From: Trichoplax adhaerens
Taxonomy: Eukaryota > Animalia > Placozoa
Assembly: GCF_000150275.1 (NCBI RefSeq)
Contig: NW_002060958.1
Location: forward strand, 224,966-288,965
Reading direction: 5' to 3'
DNA length: 64,000 bases
Below are positions 1-11,485 of this stretch, one piece after another (the stretch's first letter is position 1; each line of letters begins with the position of its first letter). The notes below the pieces were generated by a model that saw nothing but the letters and a program-made list of their open reading frames with translations, did not search any database and was not told the DNA's origin. The translations under genes were made by a program, and so were the position numbers.

Positions 1-1739
1 CAATCTTATAAAAATTTAAGTAAATCTAGGTCTAGCCAACCGTACTTTGATGTAGCAATGCATATTTGTGTTCGTTGGTAAATCAGATTTTTACATCAAC
101 ATGATATTAATAAATGACCTGCCTACTGTATTAGTAGCTTATGGAATTGTGAGACATACACAATAATTCTATGTGATATCTAATTATAGCATTATAAATT
201 TTGATCCTTAGAGATATTTATATTGAATAGAAAATATAAGCTAGCAAAGTAATTACGATTTCTGAATGAATCTCGAACCATAATGAATGATCATGTGATA
301 CTAACTTCTGTCCCCTCCGAAAAAGGAAAATTTCCAATTTACCGTGAAACATAGTTTTTGGCAGATATCAACAATTTTGATGATAGATTAATACACTTCG
401 ACGTAATAGTTAACAGCAACTTGTGCGTTAATATATGCAGAAGTCCTAACTTAAAAGGGAAACTATTAATTATTTATTTATGTAGTATATCTCAGTTATC
501 AATAGTTAAAGCTATTTCTAGGTATAATCTCCCTTCCATGCTTATTGCATTCTTAAACTTCAACAGCAATTATGTAACCATTTATTTTAACGAGCAATTA
601 ACTAGTAGTCTCAATATTTTAACAGCAAAGTATAATTATTTAAATTTTGCTTATAGCTACTACTTTTCTTCGACTAGAAAAATATGCTTATTAGTATTGA
701 TTTGTTTGGTATGGCGTAGATACCTGAAACGTATTTTATATTAAATAAATCTTCAGAAAACGATATTTACACTAATGATAATAATATCTAGCAGGGTATA
801 ATCTGGCTTAATTGTACTATCGATGCTAAAAAGTCATATATTAAGTCTATTTTAGCAGCATTGAATATAAATTCACTTAGCTACTTGTTGACGGTAATGA
901 CCTTTCATCTAATCCATATGGAAATTTCAAAGTATTCTCATACGTAGTTAAATATTAATGTCGTGATGGGAGTAGTATCTTCCTTTACTCGATGAATCAA
1001 TGACGATATCGTCACTATCGATACCAGCATTTTAAGAAGCCGTTAACAATAATTGATTTATGCTTCTACATTTAAATTTTTATTTGACACTTAATGAATG
1101 CAAATATCGATATTTCAACGAATTGGATGAATTATGTTGGAAGTACTAATTATGCTGATAACACTCCTTCTATCTACTGCCCTAATAGCAGCTAACTTAC
1201 TAATTGGCCTACGATGCATGTCGCCAACATCCAATTAATTAAATTTGTCCCATTTAAAACAGAATTTTTAAAGTATCTAATGGATGCAACTACTAAAATT
1301 TTAGCTAATCATTAATAGAGCAAGGTACTGTATGACCGCAATATTAATAATACTCGAATTATTTTGTTTTAACCCACTAAATTGAAAGAAACAATATTGG
1401 TAATTGATATATTGAGATTTAACTGGTATGTAAGTAAATTTACATGGCTATAATTAAATCTTATCCCTGAACTATTTAAATGATAAAATTACTGACGTTA
1501 GATAGCAGACGGTAAATAAAGTCATTTAGCAGCGAAAAATATTAATAATGCGGTTAATATTCTCCTTTTATTCGATCAACTATTGAAAGCAATGTATCAG
1601 CTGATATCTTATGATATCGTTAATGCTCAATTTCTTCATGTGACTACGTTTAAATTTTATTCTTGGAATGATTTAGTAGAAATACAATTTCCCACATTTC
1701 TGGTAATTGCAAACAAGATAACTACTGATAAAAACGTTC

Positions 1740-3700
1740 TTTTGCCATCCGACGGGCTGATGGAGAGATAATATGGCTATCGATGCTGGAAGGATTTAAT
1801 GTTTGCAATTACCTATATTTCAAGCAAATGCAACCAAAAGTAATCATCAACAGAAATATTCATTGTACCCGCAATAGTCTTTAAATAATCCGATGAACTA
1901 GTGAAGGAAGTAAAACTACAGATACTCAGGATATCATTAACATTTAGTTACCGTTGTTACATCTCCATTTATTGGATGCAATTGCTAACATTTTAAGTAA
2001 GTACGGTACAACGAGGATAATCAATGATGAAAATATCAATATAACAAGTAGTAATCTCTTAATATCCTATGAATTAATAAAGGGGAAGGGACTATGGATA
2101 CTTTAGGATATTACTCACACATAAATCGTTTATATTTCTACTATAAAAGTAATTGAAAGGATTCAATGATTGCAGTTGCTAACGTTTCAACCAAGTTTAC
2201 AATAAAAGCAATTATGAATAGAAATATTTATAATATATTTATATATAATACAAGTAATAGTCTTGTGCTATCCAATACTTTGAAGTTATGAAGGAAATCT
2301 AACTATCTTCACTTGCTATCTAATGAATTAAGGAAAAGGAATAAAATTATCGATACTTCAGGATATTGTTAACATGCAATTTATTTACGTAGTTCCATTT
2401 CCATATTTATTGGATGCAATTGCTACCATTTCAAGCAAATACAACAAAGACAATTATCAACCGAAATATTCATAATGTACGAGTATACGTCATGTGTATA
2501 GAATACAAATCATCGTCTCTTGCTATCCAATAAATTAAGGAAAGGAAAATGATTATCAATACCTTAGGATATCGTTAACATGCTATTAGTTGACGTAGTT
2601 CTTTTTCATATGTATTGGACCAAATTGCTACCATTTCTAGCAAGTGCAACGAAGGCAATTTATCCACCGAAATATTTATAGTATACAGTATATGGTCATG
2701 TATATGTATAAATTTACTACAAGTCATCGTCCCTTGCCATTCGATGAACTAAGGAACGGAATATAATTACCGATACTTTAGGATATCATTAAAGCGCTAT
2801 TTTATTGGCTTAGTTAAATTTCAATTTTTATAGGATATATCTGCTGATATTTCAAGCAAGTGCTAAGAAGATAATTATCAACCGAAATATTCTTAATATA
2901 CAGTATATGATCATATATATGTATATTTGTCACGGTAAAACCCGAGAATCGGTGAATCCCGGTAATAACTAATAAATTGCTATTCGATAAACCCAGGAAA
3001 GGAATAAGACTATCGATTCTTAAGGATATCGTTAACATTCTACTTATTGACGTGCTCAAATTTCAATCTTTATTGGGCCTAATTACTATCATTTCAAGCA
3101 AGTGTAACGAAGACAATTATCCAAAATATTCATCAAATACAGTATAGTACAGTATACTGTACATATGATGATATTTACGTATGCATTATTATATAACACA
3201 AGCCTTCGTCTCTTGCTATTCGACGAACTAAGGAAAGGAATAAGACTATCGATACATTAAGATATCATCAGCATGCAATTTGTTGACGTAGTTCCATACC
3301 CATTTTTATTGGACGCAATTGCTACCATTTCAAGCAAGTGCAACAAGGACAAATATCAACAGAAATATTTCATCATATATGATCATATATCTCTCTCTCT
3401 ATATATGTTTAACATATATATATATATATATATATATAGCACAAGTCGTCGCCTCTTGCTATCCGATGAACTAAGGAAGGGAATAAGACTATCGATACTA
3501 TAGGATACCGTTAACATCTAATTTTATTGACGTGGTTGCATACACATTAAATGTAATTGCTAACATTTTAAACAAATCCTTCCAAAGCAATTAACCATAA
3601 AAATAATCATAATAAAAAGAATACTCTCTTGCTATCCGATGAACTAAGGAAGGAAATAAGACTACCAATACCTTAGGATATCGTTGACATTCAATTTCAT
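1740..3700. repeat. Degenerate tandem array, about 9-10 units of ~175-255 bp separated by AT-rich/(AT)n spacers
   Basis: Recurring block CTCTTGCTATCCGATGAACTAAGGAAAGGAATAAGACTATCGATAC...GGATATCGTTAACAT...TTATTGGATGCAATTGCTACCATTTCAAGCAAG. GGATAT(C)-like anchors at ~1930, 2105, 2360, 2565, 2780, 3025, 3260, 3500, 3675. No common open frame across units. Confidence 0.85.
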
Positions 3701-3807
3701 CGCTTGACTGCCTTGAAATTTTATTTTTGGAAAGATTTAATGGATACTAACGGTCTAGTCGAGTTTGCGCACAAAAATGGATGCATCATCTGTGTATTGA
3801 GTCAGTA

Positions 3808-3887
3808 GCACTCATAATGCACTCATACACACTCATTTCAACACTCTTCTACACTCATCGACACTCTTTAGCACTCCTTGACTCTCT
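3808..3887. repeat. Short-period (10-12 bp) CACTC repeat
   Basis: CACTC starts at 3809, 3820, 3830, 3842, 3852, 3862, 3872, with a degenerate CTCTC at 3882. Confidence 0.8.
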
Positions 3888-6800
3888 TATAGCAATAACG
3901 ATGTTCAATAATAGTCATCAATTAGTTATAAGACCAATTTTCCTCTATTTTAAGATGCTTTGGGATATGAAATGAGCCTATTGTCATTTTACAAGCGTGT
4001 CTAAACCTTGGCGCAAGCGAGGATGACTGAATGAGAAATGAGATTGAATGTCTATCCACATCTATTGCTATCGACGATTGCATCGAGTCAGGATTAAGTG
4101 TCGAGACCATACAACATCCATGGACAACAGTGAGCGATGGAGTAATTGAATTATTCTACGACTAATTAACGCAAAGAAAGCAGAAACAATAGCCATAGAT
4201 ACAATTCCAACCTAATCCTATAGCGAGATATGAATATCTTTCCTATAGCAGTAATTTTCTCTTCATTAACATGATAAAGAACAGATATTTTATTTTATAA
4301 GCAAAAAATAATACGGCATTAGCTAGGGCATAAACCTATATGAAGGGATCAATTTCTTGGAGCTTGGATCAATTCTCTACGAGAATAGAATAGCTAAATC
4401 ATCCCTTCCTTCAACATAGAGTAATAACACTGTTTTAGGCAATTATTGGTGCAAGTCAACATAGTTCCTGCTGAAAATGCTCCATTGGCGAGAAATTCAA
4501 TTTCTGCAAGTAAATTGAAGATTAAAATAGCCACTGCAGTAATACCGTAAGGAATTGGGCTATCTTATTGTCTATGTAGTGAGAGTGTGCCATCATGATA
4601 CTAAAAATAATGAAGGGATATCGCCGTATCTTCATCCATGATTCAATTGTGACAACAGTTTTGAAGCCAACTTTGCTTTTACCTTGATAATTAGATTCAA
4701 GTTCTTACCGTTCTGCTGTGCAAAATACACTTCTACAGTAGCGCACCAGCCTAATGGCCGTTTTACAATCTTACTGTCTTTCGTTAATAGTAGCAATGTT
4801 GAAAATAGTAAATGGTGAACATAATATTCTCCATGAAATCATTTATTATATAGGATTGTATCGAATATTGTACGTAAACTAATTAGCGCTAGTTTAGTGC
4901 CATCGACTTAAGGTAGTACTAAGAATCCATATTGGAAAATGGATTCAATTTCCCTGTTATAATCGATCGATCTCCTTTGTAATTAAATCCATAATCATCC
5001 TGTAGTACTTGAAGAAATTATGATGGTTGAAGAATGGAGAAATGCCTTTTCTTTATAAATATCCCAATTGTTGCGAAATCTTTTCCTGGTACTACTAGTA
5101 CTAATTTACGCCCATTTTTTTTTCTTTTAACTTTGGCATTTTGTATTGAAATCCTTTGAACGTTGATAGATATTGAACAACATCTTGGATGAATCTGAAT
5201 AACTGTAGTACAAGAAAACGAGGAAATATCGTCAGCCTAGGAATATGTTATTTTGTTTGGCTGGGAAAAGCAAGAAGAAGAAATTGAATGTTGAAAGAGC
5301 AACTTTAGCGATTGCTAGTTCACAATGAGCGATTAAAGGTTAATAAAAATGTTGTCTCAGTTGTCGGTAAATGTGAGAAATCTAGCGCGAAATGTGTGAA
5401 TTCATAGTGGATCATTGATCCAAGTCATTTTAACGATATTTTATACTTTAGAAGACGATTTACAGTTTAATCGAATCAATTTACGATAAAATTGATCAAG
5501 TCACAACTTATATTGACCGATCGCTAAGCAGAAATCAAAATAGATTAGGATTAGATAGCATGATGGAGGAGTAAATCTACCACTGATTTAAATACTAGTA
5601 TCGCTTAACAGATGAATAAAATACAAGGCTGAAAATTCAGTAATCAACAACTTCAACTAAGAGTAAAGACAGATCACGACATATCTCATGGCAAATCATA
5701 AGGAAAATTAGGTATGGATAGCATGCCTTGTGTTCTAATCAAATTTCTGTCTTGTCAATAAAACACAAATTGATATTACAACGAACAATCGGATCGGAGT
5801 CGGGTTCTTTCCTATCTAGGTTGAACATAGCTTATCTATTTTGTCAAGATTAAGAGACAAGTAAGCCTAGCATTTTCATGTTTTACGGATACAAACTTTA
5901 TTTCTATTGCGCCGCTATAGTGAGATGAACACTATTCATTGGAAGACTGTTTTTTTTCTATTAACCCGAGCCTAAAGTACGCCTTTTGACTTCAGACAGC
6001 CTGAAAATGATAATAACTTAGACTAAAATAACTATTTTTTCTGAATTTCCTAAACCGGTTATCGCTACATTAACGCAAATTATTATTGAATAAAAGTAGT
6101 TAAGAAGCTTATCCTTTGATGGATAATAATTTATTAGTCTTTTAGTTACGTTAGTTTTCGTAGCGGCAAAGAAATTCAATGACAATTCGATCGTCATTTT
6201 GACCTAACAAACAATAGCCTTGAATCGATTTCCGGACACAGACTGGTATTGCTTAGCCATTTTTTAAACTATTGCAAAATGGCAATCGATGGTCTTAACA
6301 CTGAAAATTGGGAATAATAGCCATCTATCTTTGTTGATATTCAAGGCGCTTGGAGCAAATAGCAGCAGCGGAAGTAGCTCAGAAGAGATGCAAATAAAAT
6401 TAAGATTATACCCACGTCTATTGTTAAACTTCAGACACAACTTCCTTCTTATGTAAGGATTCTAGAATTACAATTTACTTTAATCTACAGTCTACAAATC
6501 CTTGCTCGATATCGACGTCAATACCCCTAGCAACAATTCTTACGATTTAGGAAAATAGTCGAAAGGCGTGAATAAAGCTCAATAGATAGGATGATGATCA
6601 AAGCTTATGTTAGTAGTATCTGAGGGGAAAAAATGCCAGACCGATAGAATAATGACTTCATTTTATCTTCAACCGGGAATTTTAGCATGGAGCTTCTAGT
6701 AATGAATAAATAGTATATCATGCATTCTAATAGAAATACTTGCGTGTCTATTTGCAACTTGCTATCCACCCTTTCATGCTTATAAGTGATCATCGACGGG

Positions 6801-8485
6801 AAGCAATGTTATCATGTAGGAAAAAATTAAGGCAAGAAAGTTTTAAATTCTTCCATTCAACATTTTGACGCCTTTGATCATTGAAATAGTAAAAATAGTT
6901 TCCTATTGATTCTTGGGCAATAAATTGTATTTGCTATGAAATCATGCATGATGCCATTAGCAATGGATAATTCACATTAAATTGACCATAATATTTCTTT
7001 TTAATTTCAAAAAATTGAAAACCAGCCTTTTCCCCTATAGCGTATTTTGCGTCGACATGATATCAATTGAAGACTATTTGACTGAATAAAAAAATTATGA
7101 TAAAAGTGTAATTAGATCGTTTGATCTGCATAGGCGTTAAAACTAGCTCTATTTTTGATAGTGTAGTTTATTGGCTACGCTATGCGACTTTTAATAGCCT
7201 AGCATGGATACTACAAATTCCATATTCTTATTGTAATCTCATTTACAATTCTCAATAATGGCTAGCCATGTTGAAAATTATCCAAATTATTTGGTAAACA
7301 ACCAGGTGTTGTTTTAAATAATTCATTCTATAATCCAACTATTTAACCAAGTCATCCTATCATGAACAGGATTCATTTATATTATCATAAAAACTGATCA
7401 TTTCCACTACAAAAACTACTAAGTTATGCGATCTTGATGATGTAGTATAGTCATCGCTCAATTGCGTAGACATAAGGTTACCAAATAGGTCTGCGATGGC
7501 AACATAATCTTCAGTTATGCTACAATTTGCAGTATAGTACTAGGTAAATAACGATAATCAATCAGACTTGATTAAATACCACTTTCTCTCTGCTATACAA
7601 TACTTTAATGATGGCCTGCTCAGTCAAGAGGCAGAAATCAATCATGTAGGCTAGTTCAACGGAAACATCATCAGCGATAGTGAACAAGCTTGTATTTAAA
7701 TTTTATAGAACAAAAAGTTGTACAAGAGAAGATTACTTCCAAAGCCAAAGACTACTGTTATGTGATAAGTGCAAGTTGTAGGTAGTCAATTACAAAACAA
7801 CAATGAGTAAACACCACTCCGCAGTTTCACTTTTCAACTTCTATCATATGATCAAAGGCATCCATTAGCATCCTATATAGGCATACTATTTATCCCAGTT
7901 GAACTCGGAGTTGATTGCAGTAGTATAGTGTTCATACCAGTGCATTATTCTACGACAAAATCATTTTACTCGCGTTTATAAAATAATATTGTGAATAGAC
8001 TATTGGCTACTCAAGTGATAGCAGCACCTTAACTTTAACTGAGCAAACTAGTTCAACTGTTTAGGAATATTACACAATATCCATTGTCATGCAAGGACAT
8101 TGCCATCAGTAAAATTTAGAAAAAATGATTGTTTTTAATTTCTATACAGGTTTGAGGGGTAGAAAATCCAACTAGTAATAGGTTCTACTTGATAAAGCTA
8201 AATGAGGTTCTAATTCGTACAAAGTTTCATCGAGAAGTACGGTATTATTCTTTTTCAACTTGGATCGTTTAAAAATAGTTGAGATAATAGTAAATAGGTT
8301 TACAAGATCAACTGCAGCAAATAATTTACAACAACAATCTGCACAACTTTAAGAGTCGATGATCACATCTCTAGACAATTGCATATATACGAGTAGTATT
8401 TATCATGGAATGAGTAATTTCATCAGACGGAAAGGTTTGGCATTAGTTGATTACTTTGAAAATATCTAAAGCAGTCAGCTTGCCA

Positions 8486-10300
8486 TTATCTCTTCTTGAA
8501 GCCATATTTCTTCCTTTCATAGAATAAATCGGTTTTGGAACTACCCAAGTTGACAATTTTCGGGCAACCATCTCTCTATAAAGTTAACATGAAAATCAAA
8601 GCGTTGAGCATTCAAAGTTACAATTTACGATAACAATTTATGAAGTCTAGGAAAGAATCCTCTAGTAACTCACTATATTAGATTATTGTATCAGTCTACA
8701 AATAAAATACTGTACATCATTCCAGCATTACGTCTTGTTTAATACTCAACGCTACAATTAACGATAACAGTCTATTAACTCTAGGGAGAATTAGCTAACA
8801 ACTAGCGATCACTACATTAAGTTAAATTATAGAATTAGTCCGCATCTAAAATATATCATTTCATCATTACGTCTTGTTGAATAGTCAATGCTACAATTAC
8901 GATAATAGTACATTAACTCTAGGAAGAATTATCCAATAACTAGCTATCACTCCATTAAGTTCAATTATATACCCGTATAATTATTGTATAAGCCTACAGG
9001 TAAAATATATATCATATCAACATTACGTCCTATTGAATAGTCAATGCTATAATTGACAATCACTACCCAATTAAGTCTAGGAAGTAGGAAGAATCATGTA
9101 ACATCGAGCTATCACTACATTCCATTGTACTATATTAGGCTATCGATCAAATACATCATTGCAGCATTACATCTTTCTCCTGGATGGTGCATTCTTTGCA
9201 ATAATAAGCGTCAGAAATACCAGGTCCTCCACAAATAACGCATCGTCCTTGATATGATCCATAATTACATTCATCACAAATTCGTACTAATGTACATGGT
9301 CTTACATACGAATCACATATTACGCATTTTCCGTCGCCTATGTATCAAGAAGAAAATATTCTTTAGTCCAAGCTTGACATACGATCGCTATCGAACCTTA
9401 CAACAAGCTTGACAAAAATCGTTTTCGTACGCTGGACTTGATCGTACTTTATTAGTCCAGTGTAAGTAGACATTCCATAAGCAATACAATCTACAAAATT
9501 ATCCTCATACATTGGACTTGATCGTACTTTTAATCCAGGGTAAGTAGACCTAGTATGATCGCTACGGTATACGTACAAAATCGTCCTCATCATACGCTGA
9601 ACTTGATCGTACTTTAAGTTTAGTGTAAGTAGATATTCTATAATCAATAGGTGATTGATAAAAATCGTCCTCAAGACAGGATGGTACTTGAAGCCAAGTG
9701 TAAGAAGACATTCAATGGTCCGTACAATTTACAATCTAGTACAACAGTTTAGTGCTGTTGTTGAAGCGTGATCACATTAGGGGGATTAGCATTTGCACTG
9801 CTCTACCTGGCTATCTATATTATACTACTACTACGATGGCGAAACAACCATTTCAGTTCAAATAAAAACTTCATTGCCTTTCTCCTCTTTCTATTACTAA
9901 TTAATCGACCGTACCGTAGTACGCTATCTAACTACTCTTGTTAGTGGATCCTCGTGTATACATGATTACATTGAATGGAGAAGGTTATCAGCTATTTTTT
10001 TTTTAATCACATCTTCTACAGGAATACATCAGAAGCATTTTACCTTATCATTTTTATGGTTAACAATGCTAAAATTACAAGACTTACATTTCTCGCAAAG
10101 ACGACCAATAGCTAAAATAGAAAAGTAGGAAAAAATTGGCATCAGAGTTGAACGTGAAGGAAATCAATCATGTCATCAGTTGCATGCCACAGTCATGTTA
10201 CTACTTGGAAATAAAACTATCTAAGCTAAGCTAAAATCTTAAACTAACCTACACCAGGTTGCTTACGACACATGATCAAATCTGGATGATGTTTCGCCAT
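8486..10300 (-). CDS. PHF5A: PHD finger-like domain-containing protein 5A (SF3b subunit, Rds3 orthologue), 110 aa, 4 exons
   Basis: Exons (minus): 10300-10249, 10111-10088, 9337-9171, 8575-8486, all GT-AG, 333 nt. Translation [110 protein letters not shown] is near-identical to the highly conserved PHF5A. Missed by the ORF track. Confidence 0.98.
8610..9175. repeat. Degenerate tandem repeat (~140-155 bp, ~4 units) filling PHF5A intron 3
   Basis: CATTACGTC...AATAGTCAATGCTACAATT...CTAGG..GAAT...CTATCACT blocks anchored at 8726, 8865, 9021. The homologous CATTACATC at 9165 is the real exon 3/intron 3 junction. Confidence 0.8.
9360..9730. repeat. Degenerate tandem repeat (~80-85 bp, 4-5 units) in PHF5A intron 2
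   Basis: TTGATCGTACTTT at 9438, 9518 and 9603, each followed by GTAAGTAGA and AAAATCGTCCTCA-like blocks; weaker copy near 9680. Confidence 0.8.
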
Positions 10301-11485
10301 AGTTCAACGCTTGAAATAAGATATTGCAGCCGAGAGAAAGTTCAGAGTTTGCTAGTAGCAATGGCGTTGGACGATGTTGGAACTGGTGAGAACGAACATG
10401 AAACGTTTTGAAATCTAGGTCCATGGGCATGCGCATCAACCCCGTTTAGCCGTAGCTAGTAAATGAGCGCAAAACATAGCCCATATACTATACTAAGTCT
10501 TGTTTCATTTTTTCTAATGACGAGTTGTATGGCTCATTCTCCTCTCGCTGTCTTATGGCCGCATGGAGACGGATGGATAGAGAAGTTGCTAAGGACAACT
10601 ACAAGAACTTTGCTATTTTATCCGTGATGGCAGTCCTGCAGGTGGCCATAATTACACCTTATAATACTACGATTAGTCACTGTTGTGTCTGCCATAACTC
10701 CTTCATCAGCCAGCCGTAGATGATTCTCCATGAGTTCCTACGGCAATGCTGTACTAGAACTACAGTAGAACTAGAAGAGTAAAAGTCATGTTGAGATTTG
10801 CATGCTATGCATTGGATGATCATCCAATGCATAGCTAAACAGGAACGATGTTTTTTTATTATTTATGCCATTCCAACGCCTGTTATTTTAACGGCTGTGT
10901 TCTATTCTAGAATAAGATCTAGTAGTGGAAATAAGAGGAGTTATGGACCAAACATGAAGACAGCAATGGCATGTCGAAAACTGCATAAGAAAGTAGCAAT
11001 ACCACAGCTTAGTTATGAATACTAGAGTGTAAACTAACATCGGAGTGATATTTCAGCCCAAACTACGATCAACGTGATCCACTATAGACTACTAGAAGCA
11101 ACCTTTCGTAGTCTATAGCTTGCAGTGGTAGAAATAAAACTCAAAATTGCATGAGAAAATAGCCATTTCAGCTCGACTGGTCATCCATCTTCTTGCTGAC
11201 CAACGACTATAGACCAACCCAAACATAGCTTTCAATCACATAATAAAAGCTATATCGGAAAATGATCATCTTCCATTGACTAGTTGTGCCTACTCTACTG
11301 GATCACTATAGTGGTCCAAGTCTTGTGTTCAAAATGACTGGTAGTACTATCGACATACCCAAACATAGCTTACAGGATAATATAAAAAGGTGTAGGAGAA
11401 AAGGGTCGCCTTCGATTACCAACAGGAATAGGAACACCATCAGTCTATCTGTCCATCTTAAAGTCTATGGCAAGCTGACTGGAAA
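10301..11485. promoter_or_regulatory. Head-to-head (bidirectional) promoter region between PHF5A and Njmu-R1
   Basis: 1.19 kb between divergent ATGs and visibly more GC-rich than the flanking introns. TGGGCATGCGCA at 10424-10435 is an 11/12 match to the NRF1 palindrome TGCGCATGCGCA. AAAATGGCTGC (YY1-like) overlaps the Njmu-R1 start. TSSs cannot be placed from sequence. Confidence 0.65.

Noticed and set aside
358-744. 128-aa ORF and the other short ORF-track entries in 1-8400
   Set aside because: Mostly non-ATG starts, I/L/Y/N-rich composition typical of AT-rich non-coding DNA, no recognisable motif, and no consistent exon chain could be built.
2700-3660. Repeat units carry a minus-strand pyrimidine tract plus AG followed ~28 nt later by GT, resembling a tandem microexon array
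   Set aside because: 28 nt is not frame-preserving, donors are weak, several units lack the AG, and no host gene was found.
1740-3700. Repeat-spacer appearance suggestive of a CRISPR array
   Set aside because: Units are long and degenerate, spacers are AT microsatellite-like, there are no cas genes, and the context is eukaryotic.
9455-9710. GTAAGTAG donor-like motif in each repeat unit
   Set aside because: It lies on the strand opposite PHF5A, with no matching acceptors or reading frame.
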